Virus record (IMG/VR): IMGVR_UViG_3300020045_012925
Strand: one strand, 5' to 3'
Source of the DNA: an uncultured virus (IMG/VR IMGVR_UViG_3300020045_012925)
Lineage: Duplodnaviria; Heunggongvirae; Uroviricota; Caudoviricetes
DNA length: 64,000 nucleotides
This document shows positions 40,639 through 51,000 of this stretch, piece after piece. The translations under genes were made by a program, and so were the position numbers. Positions within the stretch are counted from its first letter, which is position 1, and each line of letters starts with the position of its first letter. The notes below the pieces were generated by a model. The model saw nothing but the letters and a program-made list of their open reading frames with translations. It had not been told where the DNA came from and did no database searches.

Positions 40639-40731
40639 ATTAAATTGTGCTGGCAAAGGTTAATTGAGTATGCGAAATTCAATTAGATATTTAATATTGC
40701 CAGCACAAAACATAATTAGAAAGTTAAAAGA

Positions 40732-41094
40732 TTAGGCATTGTTAAAATTTGCCAGAATCTGTGCGCGAAGTTCAGGCGGCAGATTGCCAAGCAATTCCAA
40801 TGCTTTTTCTTCGGGTGACTTTGTTACTCGCAAAGTAGGTTTCCAATCGGAATAATCTTCAGCTAAAATTGTTTCGTCGGTAAATTCAAAATCCCCGTTG
40901 TCGTCCTTTTTTTCAAGCTTTGTACGAATTGGTGCGCGAAATGCAACTTTCAGGCCGTTCTGGACAATGTTTAGAACATGCTCTTCCCCAAGGGCTTCGA
41001 CAATATCTGCCAAAGATGTCAAGTTAAGAATTTCAGGCTGTTCTACACGAATTGTTCTGTCAACTTTGTTAGCTTTAACTTCGATTGTACTCAT
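40732..41094 (-). CDS. Hypothetical protein (probably highly expressed)
   Basis: Start MSTIEV at 41094 with AGGAG RBS downstream of a consensus promoter. Confidence 0.6.
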   Translation of the reverse strand: MSTIEVKANKVDRTIRVEQPEILNLTSLADIVEALGEEHVLNIVQNGLKVAFRAPIRTKLEKKDDNGDFEFTDETILAEDYSDWKPTLRVTKSPEEKALELLGNLPPELRAQILANFNNA

Positions 41095-41227
41095 GATGTT
41101 TTCTCCTAATGTTTTTACATGTAAAATGGCGTTATGCCTACCGGGGTTATAATGTCCGGCGAATTGTGGGTCTATAAAAAGGATGCCGGCTTTTTGTGCC
41201 TTGTGCCGTTTTGTGCCGACATTAACC

Positions 41228-41256
41228 GTTATACTAAAAACAAACGGGCTTGTCAA
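41228..41256 (-). promoter_or_regulatory. Sigma70-type promoter
   Basis: TTGACA-17 bp-TATAAC with T-rich UP region. Confidence 0.75.
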
Positions 41257-41307
41257 GAAAAAAATGATGCCTGGTAAAGTTTTTTGTATAACTATTACGT
41301 CATACGT

Positions 41308-41601
41308 TTACATCGATTTATCAATTAAATAATTAAGTTCGCGCTTCAAATCTTGTTTAAGCTTATCTTTGTTAATTAATCCAGATATGTGGTATTGCAT
41401 ACATATTGCACCACGATCCGTTTTTGTTTCTTCTTCAATTACTGGAAAATACATAGATATGGCATCCAAATATCTGCGAATACTTGAAATCGGGATGCCA
41501 GATTCTTGGCTGAGTTCTCTAATAGTTAATGGTCTCATGGATAGGAGGTGCAGGCAAATGCAGCATCTATTAACCATGTCGTATTTGTTAATATTTGGCA
41601 T
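41308..41601 (-). CDS. Winged HTH transcription regulator
   Basis: PLTIRELSQESGIPISSIRRYLDAI. Confidence 0.7.
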   Translation of the reverse strand: MPNINKYDMVNRCCICLHLLSMRPLTIRELSQESGIPISSIRRYLDAISMYFPVIEEETKTDRGAICMQYHISGLINKDKLKQDLKRELNYLIDKSM

Positions 41602-43088
41602 TATTCAATATTTGTGAGTTTAGCTAATTTATAATTTTCTTGGTTATTTTTGATTGCCTGGGAGAATGATGGATTCCAACAAGCTGGACAACCAGAAATG
41701 TCAAGAGTATTTAATGCTCGTGAGGCAGCTACGTATAAGATGTTTGTTTCTTCATCGCTGGGAGTATAATCTGGCGTGGATATTTTAAAATCATTTGCCA
41801 ATTTAACTGTTGGCCACTCTAATCCTTTTGATTTGTGTGCAGTTGTTATAGTTATATCAGCTTCGGCGGGATCTTCTTTTGTTGATTCCAAAATCGATAT
41901 TAATCTATCATGAGTGTAGGTTTCAATTAATTTTATTATTGGCAATAAATCGCCGCCCATATCAGATTTTGCATATTCCAGGAGTTCCTTGTAATTAGAA
42001 AATAAGAAAAGGTCTGGATGATTTGTTGTGCCTTTAACTTTTAGCCAATGTATTGAGTTTATTAGATATGTTAATGCCTGAGTGCCTCCGTGGATATGGA
42101 CGTTTAGGTCATTTTTGAGTGCATTAATTGTTTCAGCAATTACGGATTTGTTTGTTCTACAAATTATGCAATCCACCGAATGTATGGAATCATAAGATAT
42201 GTTGGATTGAATATTGTCATTGCCTCTAAATGGTGTATATGATAAATTAATTGGATAATAGCTGGTGATTATTTTATTACATAAATCAGCGATGGAATGC
42301 CCGAATCTGAATGATTGGGTAATGTTTAGGGTTTCCAAGGATCTGTCTTTTAAAGCATTAATGGCACCTCTCCAAGAGTAAATTTGCTGGAATTGGTCAC
42401 CGACAAAAATCTTTTGACACTTCTGAGATTTAATAACATCAGAAATCACTGGATTGCTGTCTTGATATTCGTCAAAAAAGATATAGTCTTTATTAATAAT
42501 CGGGTTTGTTAATGCCCAGGCTTTTAAATAAATATCATGGGTTATTGGAAGATTTGAATCAAGGTTAAGCATTTTTTGAAAAACATTAGTTGAAACTTGA
42601 ATGAGATCATTTTGCATTTCGAGAATGTCTTCAGTGTCAAGAATTGTTAGTAAGGGTAAATGCTTTTTGCTTATCATAAGATCTGCGGAGTAACAGTATT
42701 TTCGTATAGTGTTTAATATTAGATAACCTTTATTCGCGGGACTTTTATAAAGTCTGGGATCTCCAATATCTTCGGTTTCAGCTAATAATTTACCAGTTAG
42801 CTTCTTTAGGCGTTTTTTATATTTATATCCTACCGCTGAATATGCCAGGCTGTGGCCTGTTTTGCATTCAATGGAACTGGTGAATTTTTTAGCTGATTCT
42901 ACAGCCAGTAATTTGTTGAAACTCACAGATAAGCCGTACCCAGACATTTTGCGCGCAAGTACAAGTAATAAGAATGTCTTGCCTGAGCCAGGAGGAGCTT
43001 GGATTGCGAAATCATTACTTGAGCCAGTTATACTGTTTATGTGGCTCTCTTGTTCGAGAGTTAAAACTTTCCCTTTATATTTTATCAT
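41601..43088 (-). CDS. UvrD/REP-like SF1 helicase
   Basis: APPGSGKT, FDEYQD, VGDQFQQIYSWRG, TAHKSKGLEW, LYVAASRA. Confidence 0.9.
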   Translation of the reverse strand: MIKYKGKVLTLEQESHINSITGSSNDFAIQAPPGSGKTFLLLVLARKMSGYGLSVSFNKLLAVESAKKFTSSIECKTGHSLAYSAVGYKYKKRLKKLTGKLLAETEDIGDPRLYKSPANKGYLILNTIRKYCYSADLMISKKHLPLLTILDTEDILEMQNDLIQVSTNVFQKMLNLDSNLPITHDIYLKAWALTNPIINKDYIFFDEYQDSNPVISDVIKSQKCQKIFVGDQFQQIYSWRGAINALKDRSLETLNITQSFRFGHSIADLCNKIITSYYPINLSYTPFRGNDNIQSNISYDSIHSVDCIICRTNKSVIAETINALKNDLNVHIHGGTQALTYLINSIHWLKVKGTTNHPDLFLFSNYKELLEYAKSDMGGDLLPIIKLIETYTHDRLISILESTKEDPAEADITITTAHKSKGLEWPTVKLANDFKISTPDYTPSDEETNILYVAASRALNTLDISGCPACWNPSFSQAIKNNQENYKLAKLTNIE

Positions 43089-43644
43089 TTGTTTATCCTT
43101 TAATTGCGGGAGAAATGTTTATGAATTAATTGAATTAAATCTTCTGATAAGGCTAATTTAGTTTTTGCATCGGCAGTTAGGATAACTCCTAATGCGCTTA
43201 CTAAAGTAGCATCTAATGCATAATTTAATGCGTCAAACAACGTATAAAGGTCAATAAGACTGTCTGCGGCCTTGGATAATTTGGCGTTTATTTTAATTTT
43301 TGTTAATTCTTCTAATTTGTTGTCAGACAAGTTTGTTTTTGATTCGAAATTCATAATAGATTAATCCTTTTGGTTAAATGTAACCTTTAAAGTAGGCATT
43401 ATTTTGTCTTTTATAATTTATCGCAGGAATACCTGCATTCTTCTAAATCAGCATTTAATTGCTCTATTTCATCACTTAATTGTGCTATTTGTTGTTCCAT
43501 TATATCTATTTTATTTGTGCATTCTGAACATGTTATTGTTAGTTTAACTGCCCTGTTTCTATATTCTACGTCAGTATTGAAGCAGCAATGAGCACCACAA
43601 ATACCACAATATGTTTCTACATTAATCATTTTTTACTCCTAATC

Positions 43645-44523
43645 CTATGTTACGTTTCTATTAAATTCACATTTAAAATCCATACAATATGCATTACAAA
43701 TAATATCATTCTGTGCATTATGTTTTTTAAACCATTGTAATCGCTCTTTCATAATATTCTCAGAAACTTTTGCTATAGGATCGCCACCTTCTCTAAAATA
43801 TATTAAACAGGGATAATGACTATCCCCTACAATAGTAACATCATATTTTACAATATGGCATTTTACTGGAGGATTGCCTCTCATTCTATTACCACAATTA
43901 AAGTTATTAATTCGATAATTCAAGATTGGATATTCTGGATATTTATTTTTAAATACCAGTGGCATCTCATCTTTTGTAGATGTAGATAATTTAATATCAT
44001 CTACACCTAAAGATAAAATAAAATCAATTATTTGTTCAGTCCTATTAATATTTATAGAATCTACCACCATTCCTACATTTACATAATGATGTTTAGATAG
44101 TTCTCGAATAGTTTTTATAACTTCCTGTGGGTTTTTATATCCCCGTTTTAACAAGATATCTATATCATAATCATCTAATGATATAGAAAACATGTCTACA
44201 TCTAACTTCAAATAATTATCAATTCCATAAGTTCCATTTGTACTTAGTCCTATTTTTTTGGTTTTATGTCGTATTAATTTGAGTATTTTTTCAAAATCAT
44301 TGTGTAAAGTAGGTTCTCCTCCTGTTAATTGAACATGGTTACAAGAATAAAAGCTTGCGAAATATTTTTCAACAATAGCGTAAGATACCTCTGCTTTAAA
44401 TCTATTACAGTAAAGGCAAGAAAAATTACATCTGCCTGTCAAGGCTATCTCTATATACCAAGGATCTATACCAGTATAGAATAGTCTATCATATGTTATT
44501 TCTGAAAATCCTGTTTCTCTCAT
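43645..44523 (-). CDS. Radical SAM protein with C-terminal Cys-rich (twitch/SPASM-like) extension
   Basis: CNFSCLYC, LTGGEPT, STNG, ISLD; C-terminal C..YPC..C..YC..C. Confidence 0.85.
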   Translation of the reverse strand: MRETGFSEITYDRLFYTGIDPWYIEIALTGRCNFSCLYCNRFKAEVSYAIVEKYFASFYSCNHVQLTGGEPTLHNDFEKILKLIRHKTKKIGLSTNGTYGIDNYLKLDVDMFSISLDDYDIDILLKRGYKNPQEVIKTIRELSKHHYVNVGMVVDSININRTEQIIDFILSLGVDDIKLSTSTKDEMPLVFKNKYPEYPILNYRINNFNCGNRMRGNPPVKCHIVKYDVTIVGDSHYPCLIYFREGGDPIAKVSENIMKERLQWFKKHNAQNDIICNAYCMDFKCEFNRNVT

Positions 44524-44899
44524 AATATTATTTTCCTATAAATTTAGATCTTCAAAATTATCGTCTTTTACACAATTGTGGTTTGGGTCTACTGAAATAT
44601 TAATTAGCTGTTGGTGACTGTCAATAAATATGTTTGTATCTAATTTGGCTCCGCAATAAATGCAGGTGGTGTTGATATTTAATGTTATGTCGGTATTTAT
44701 GGATATTTCTGGCATTTTATAGCTCCTTATTATTTACTGTCATCGTCATAGTAGATTTCAACCAATTCATGATATTGTTTAAGATGTTCTGCAAGCTTTT
44801 CTGCATTGCCTTTAGACATTAAGCCGGTTCTAACCCATTCACCGTTACAATCATTTAGCCAGCGCCAATATTTTATTCTCCAATGCATTTTATGGCTCC

Positions 44900-45675
44900 T
44901 TATTTATCGTCTTCTATAGAATATAATAAATCATCTAATTCAGCCATTTTAGCTTCATGTAATAATAAATACGTATTATAATCTAACGTACTAATAAAAG
45001 CATAAGCATCTTCTTTGGTGTGGAAAAGGCAATTAAGTTTGTTATTTCTTTTATTCGGACAGTCAATTACACCATAATCAGAATAATAAGCATGAGTTTC
45101 AAAAGATGATTCAGGGTAATATATCATCATCTTGGAATCATCAAGTTTTGATTTAATAATTATTGGAGAAATTTTACCACGGATTACGGAATAATAAAGC
45201 TGATCTACATTTAATTCATTGTATTTCACGCGAGCGTCAATCATTTTTTATTCTCCTTTTCATAAATTTGATATACAAAAACTTCATCAATTCCATCCTC
45301 GTCATAAAGATATTCATATTGAGGATTTTTTGACCCTATATATGATCTCCATTTATGCCCCCTCCAGCCTCCACTTTCTGGCTGGTTTTCCCTTTTTACT
45401 GGTGTTAATGTAATAAGAAATGTTCGGTCAGTGTCATTTAATTCAGGGCATTGTTCCAGAATCTGCATATAATTATCACAAACCCCATATTCATTAATTG
45501 AAAGGTTATTACCTATACCTTTTTTATAGTTTTCTAAATAAAGGTTCACATTAAAATGAGATATTAGAATAATTCCTTCTTTCAGAACTTCTGGGGTAAA
45601 ATCATTACCATTAAGTTGTCCAATCATTTCAGAAATTGGATCAAGAATTAAAGCATTTTGGTCTGTTTTTAACAT
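44900..45675 (-). CDS. Two hypothetical genes (44900-45244, 45241-45675) between direct repeats
   Basis: Coupled ORFs. Confidence 0.5.
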
Positions 45676-45688
45676 TTTTTATGGCTCC

Positions 45689-45958
45689 TTATTTTAATAT
45701 GTCCTGTAATGAGATTGTGTCAGAATCTTTTTTTGCTATGTTCATTTTTTGCTTAATCAAAGTTATGGATTCCTGAGATGCTGGTTCATCAGGGGATTCG
45801 GATAAAAACGAAATACCATAGTAAAATGTAAGTCTTAGGATTTGACTAATTGATGCACATTGATCGGGAGTTATGCCGGCACAGATTAAGCCGTCCCTGG
45901 CTTTCGCGATTTCACTGATACTTAAACGTGTAGAGACTACTTTTTTAATGTCTTTCAT
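45689..45958 (-). CDS. Putative ribbon-helix-helix protein
   Basis: KVVSTRLSISEIAKA..SISQILR. Confidence 0.45.
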   Translation of the reverse strand: MKDIKKVVSTRLSISEIAKARDGLICAGITPDQCASISQILRLTFYYGISFLSESPDEPASQESITLIKQKMNIAKKDSDTISLQDILK

Positions 45959-45993
45959 GATTGGGTTCCTTAATTATTTGGGTTCCTTAATTA

Positions 45994-46437
45994 TTAGTCA
46001 TCCATCCAGTCTGAGGGCGGACTGAAATCTGTGACGGTTGAAATTACTGATTCAGAAGAAATTTGGATAGGGTCAAATTCTTGGTTGCTCAAAATATGGA
46101 ATGGCTGAACTTTTGGAAGTTCCAAAATGTTTGGTGGTACTAAATATTGTGGTGGACTGAATCTTTTTGGTTGGGGCAAAGATGATATATCAAATTGATT
46201 GGGTTCTGACTTTTTATTTTGGTTTAACATTAAATTTACTTCGTTTAAAATGTTTAACGGTACGTCATCCGAGCGGTTTATGTTCATTTTGGCTAAATAA
46301 TCAAGATATAATAGCTTAACTATTTTGTTTGGTGTACTTGGGACATAATTAGGCTCGAATTGACGTATAATTTGAAGGCCGCGAGCAATTTGGTATGGGG
46401 TTAATCTGAATGTTACAGTTGGATTTTTATCTTTCAT
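45994..46437 (-). CDS. Putative ribbon-helix-helix protein (paralog of previous)
   Basis: PTVTFRLTPYQIARG..TPNKIVK. Confidence 0.45.
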   Translation of the reverse strand: MKDKNPTVTFRLTPYQIARGLQIIRQFEPNYVPSTPNKIVKLLYLDYLAKMNINRSDDVPLNILNEVNLMLNQNKKSEPNQFDISSLPQPKRFSPPQYLVPPNILELPKVQPFHILSNQEFDPIQISSESVISTVTDFSPPSDWMDD

Positions 46438-46860
46438 GATTTATTGGCCTTCTCATTGGTTAGATGGTCAAATTTGCCTGATTGAATCTTATTTGTGATC
46501 CAATTAAATTGGGTTTTAGTCAGACTTCCGTTTACAGCGAATGTTTTGTCCGGAAAAATGGCACCGCGATACATTTCTTCCCTGGTGCGAATGACGATTT
46601 TGCCCTCATAGGTAATTTTTATGGTTGTGTTAGTGAAGGTTCGCTGGCAATATGAGGAAGATTTCATATTTGTGTCCTTTTCAAAATTAATTGTTTATGT
46701 AATGGCTGTTCAATTTATGAACAGACTTTTGAACGGGATTAATCTTTTTTTGTGTATGTAATTTTGTCATGCATATAATCAATGATGATGGAAAAATGCA
46801 GGCCGACTATAAATCCTGATAAACCAGCTAAGATTGTGAGTAATAAATATTTTTGTGACA

Positions 46861-48416
46861 TTATATATCCTTTATTATTTTAAAGTTATTTTCCTGGAGC
46901 CAGTTATGGAATCGCTTGGCAGTATGATAACAACCATGTACGCAGCATTTATTATATAATCCAGAACAATTTACAGATTTACAAAATTCATATTTTTTAT
47001 AAGTTATCTGGGATTGTTCCTGAAGACTTTCTAACCATTCTAAGCATTGTTTTAGCTTATCTACTTTAAGCTGGAATATGTCTAAATATTCTTTACATGT
47101 AAGTCCTGATTCTGCATATTCATAAGTCATCTCTTTAGTGGATAGGCTTCTAAACTCTATTTTTGTATCATAAAGATCATCTTCAGCAGCACTCAAAGTG
47201 TTCAGGATAATTTCTAATACTTTGGTTTTCATTTTAATCTCCTATTTGTATCCAAAGTAGGTTGACTGCCTTTGGAATAGTTTATGCCAGATATTGAGAG
47301 GATCAAAAACCTGGCGTTATATGTTTAATCTTTTGAGGCAAACCAAATAGTTGCCATTATCATCCAATACCAGAAAACATTAGGATTTATAGTTTTATCA
47401 AAATGAGAACATATTCCCAGAATAATACAAAAAAGTCCATAAAGTATAGTAGGCATTTTATATCCTTTAAAAGAGTTATAACTTAGTATTCTGGAGTTTT
47501 TCCAAGATTATTGCCTGCATTTCTGGGGGCAGGTTTTCAATTGCCTTCATTGCCAGGGATGCTGCTATTTGTTCTGGTGTTGGTTTATCGGATTTTTTGG
47601 AAGGTTTCTTTTTGCTGTGGGGCTTTAATGATTTACGGCCAATCATTAAGTTGTAATCATTCTGTGATTGTTTTTCAGCTTTATCCAGGCGCTCAAATAA
47701 TCGCGCTATTTTTGACCATTCGTCAAATGCCAGATAAAAGGCATCGGCCTTATTATCTTTGTCTTCCTTCAGGCGATGTAAAACAGGAATTAGTTCAACT
47801 TTCCTGGTTTGGATAGCTAAAATTTTGTTTTCAAGTTCAATTGTGGTTTGAAATTCATTTGTTGGCATGATATATCCTTTGGTTATATAATTTGGTTATA
47901 CTTCCCAATTTTTGGTAACTTCATCTACTGCATTGTCCAGGTCTTTACCGACAAGATTTAAATTTCTTGGAAGTTCTAATTTTGGCTGAGCTAAATTTTG
48001 CTGTTGCTTGAACTTTTTGCGACGTATAGCCTGTTTGCGCAAACGTAAATTTATATCAAACTCATTATATGCGCGAAAGTAATTACTTGGCGCGTCGATA
48101 TTGTTTGTGAAATCAAATTTTGGCATGATTAAATTCCTTTTGATTAGATAATTTGACTGGATTAAAAAAGAACAGTTTAAAGACATGTTCAGGTCTATAA
48201 AAATTACGCTAAGTTAAAAAGTTCTTTTACGGCTTCTGCTACGTCAGAACCATTTTGGGCATATCCGCTAATTCTATATGTTCCATTGATATTGCCTTGG
48301 TATAATTTTGCACCAGACTTAAACATCATGAAAGGTGCTGATCTTTCGTTCAAATCAATATCGGGATATTTATCAAGCAGGTCTTTTTTCTTAAATACTA
48401 CGGTTACACTTCTCAT
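46861..48416 (-). CDS. Cluster of small early hypothetical genes (46861-47232, 47476-47868, 47896-~48126, 48204-48416)
   Basis: Co-oriented ORFs with RBSs. Confidence 0.45.
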
Positions 48417-48500
48417 TTTTTATTCCCCCTTGGATTATAAAAAATATTTGTATGACGTATAAAAATAGGTTTGTATGACGTAAACACCTATCATGTTTAC

Positions 48501-48529
48501 CGTATACCACAACAAAACCGGCCTGTCAA
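48501..48529 (-). promoter_or_regulatory. Sigma70-type promoter followed by two TATGACGTA boxes
   Basis: TTGACA-17 bp-TATACG with TG extension; boxes at 48451-59 and 48474-82. Confidence 0.65.
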
Positions 48530-48534
48530 GCGAA

Positions 48535-48601
48535 AAATTCATGCCCGCCGTTTTATTTTTACCTAACTTAATACAGTTCAAATAATAAACGGGCACGAAT
48601 T
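48535..48601 (-). terminator. Terminator-like hairpin
   Basis: Minus strand AATTCGTGCCCG...CGGGCATGAATT followed by TTT. Confidence 0.55.
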
Positions 48602-48621
48602 ATGGGGATTATCTAAGATTA

Positions 48622-49148
48622 CAAGAGTTCAAAAATGTAGTCTGGTTCTATGTAGATAATAACCTATATATCGTTCTTTGTTGTAAAGATCGGCCAGCAA
48701 TTGCGCTTCGTCCTTGTTTGTGCATGTTGTAAATCTCCATCCTCCCTTACCTTAGGTGTGACATATATTCTCACCACGCTTAACAATTATCCACAAGTCA
48801 GCAATTTCTTTCAGCAAAATAAATTCTTTGCAATTTGTTGCCGGCCTCACATGTAAAATTGTATTTTTCTATCTCAGCTATCAATGTCTTATCAATTTTC
48901 CTGTCTGGACACCTAAAAAATGGCTCGTCTTCTTCACACTTGCAATGATTAAACTTGCAGTCGCCATAATAAACACACTTTTTATCTGTCATTTCTCCTC
49001 CTCTTGTTATGTTGATAGTCCCACAGGCAGGTGGAACTTTGGGTTTGATATCAATACCTCACTCGCCCTTTACCGTCACAATGAAGTTGAATTTTGTTGC
49101 TGCTTGAATTTTTTGTGTCCAAGAGTTCAAAAATGTAGTCTGGTTCTA
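48622..49148. repeat. 29-bp perfect direct repeat flanking a 469-bp insert
   Basis: CAAGAGTTCAAAAATGTAGTCTGGTTCTA at 48622-48650 and 49120-49148. Confidence 0.9.
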
Positions 49149-50283
49149 AATTGAAAAACTCAGCGCATATGTTTTCTGCCAGATCGAGTTCTCCATCATC
49201 TAAGTATGATGCTAACTGCTTTTTTGCTGCCAGCATTAGTTTGTGTGCATCTTTTGGGGTCATATCATCTCGTCTGATTAATATATCCTTTATGGTTTCC
49301 AAAATAGTTTTCCTTCCTTATTAAGGGTTAGGTTAACTGGTTTTACCATGGATAACATTAGTTGTTCCGAAATATGTTCTATTTGATCAGATTTAATTTG
49401 TCTTAATTCTGACCGAATCTCAGTATGGTGATAATAACACCAGGTGTAGCCGATACCAATTCCACAAATAAAAACTAACGTGTTATTAATAAATTTTGAT
49501 TTCATAATAATTATGATTCCTTCAAATCTGTTATTCCAAATACCAGCCGGTTTTAGCTACTGTGTTTATTATCGTCCCATTTGGGAGTTCCTTTTTTTCA
49601 CGGGTGTCATTACTAAATATCCAGGGCTTAACTGAGAATTTTCCAGTATTTGCTGATTCTAAAGCTGCTGTGACGGCCAAATCTAAGATCATCCCAGGAA
49701 TTGGGGAGACAAAAACAATATTGCCTGTTAATAATTTACATAGACTGTCACGATATTGTTTGTCCCAGCCTGTTGCGGGGACTAATAATGTTGAGTATGT
49801 TCCAAAAGTTTCGGTTAATATAATTTGTTGTTCGGGCAGCAGTTTGTGCTGCTCATTGATTATTATGGTGGTTTCCATAATGGGTCTCCTAAAAGATGAT
49901 TACTTCATTAAATTTGATGACTTCAGAAATTGGTTTGGCTTCCAGTAATGTTGTACCTTCTAAAATTTGAAACGCACAATATTTGGCGCTAAATTCCATT
50001 GCTTCGCTAATGCATCTGGAAACAGAAAACCTGCCTGATAGGCTAATAATTTGGTCTTTGCCTGTCTTGGTGGATTTTACCAATTTGATGTATCGCACAA
50101 TTATTTCTCCTGTTTAATATTTTGGTTATTCTGTCTGATTTCGCGCCAATAATCTGTCAATGGCTTATTCCATGCCAAAGACTTACAATTCGGGCATGAC
50201 TTAGGCAGTTTGGTTGGGTGCCTGGGGTACCAAACATAATTGCAGCGTTTACAAACTAATATGGTGGTGTAATGGTCTGGCAT
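49051..50283 (-). CDS. Early small genes (49051-49302, 49290-49505 TM, 49531-49878, 49889-50098, 50101-50283 Zn-ribbon CxxC..CPxC)
   Basis: Co-oriented ORFs downstream of promoter at ~50350. Confidence 0.5.
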
Positions 50284-50327
50284 AAAATAAGACTCCTTTA
50301 TATATGGTTGTATAGGTGTATAGGGTG

Positions 50328-50356
50328 ATAATTGCACAAAAAACGGGTGCTGTCAA
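50328..50356 (-). promoter_or_regulatory. Probable sigma70 promoter
   Basis: TTGACA (50351-56) with weaker -10 (AATTAT at 17 bp). Confidence 0.5.
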
Positions 50357-51000
50357 GGGTAAAAATGAAAATTTGTAAAAATGTGAAAAAGGCCGGTTTT
50401 AAAGGTCGGTAAGGCGTTGGGATAGGCGTATATATAGGGATAGGCTGAAGGGGCTTTAAATGAGCCAAAAAAGGGGCTTAAAAGGCAAAATAATAAGGGG
50501 GTTTTGTGCCTGTCAGGGTATGCCTGTATGGTGCTTGTGCCTGGTGTAAGTTAAGTATGATAAAGATAATTAGGTAAGGCTTATAGGTTGGCTGGTAAGG
50601 GGTAAAATGTCGTGTTTGCTGGGGATAATGCAAAAAGGGCTATAGTGGTCGGTTGATCGGGTGAAATAGTCTGGAAAAGCTTAAAAAGGGGCTTAAATAG
50701 CATGAATGGTGAATGGTGAACATGATCATGGTAAATGCCTGTTATGGTGACTGTGTCCGGTATAGGCGTAAAGGGTGAAAATGGCTGTTTACCGGGCCAT
50801 GATGCTTGTTTGGTGTAACGGTATTCAAAAAGGGTCTGATAAGGCTGAGATGGCTTAAAAAGAGGCAAATTAAAGGGATTATGATAGATGCCTGTTTATG
50901 CCCCTTTCCTGTTCCTGGTGCCTGTTCCTGGCTGGGCCTGGTTTGGGGGGATCGCTAACTTTATGCCTGCTATAATTTAGAGTACGGATATAAGTTAGAA

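Noticed and set aside
43645..44523. Viperin, QueE or NrdG assignment
   Set aside because: Family-specific motifs and partner genes (que/dpd cluster) not seen
48622..49148. DGR template/variable repeat or prophage att sites
   Set aside because: Repeat is identical with no A-specific mismatches; no reverse transcriptase or integrase in the window
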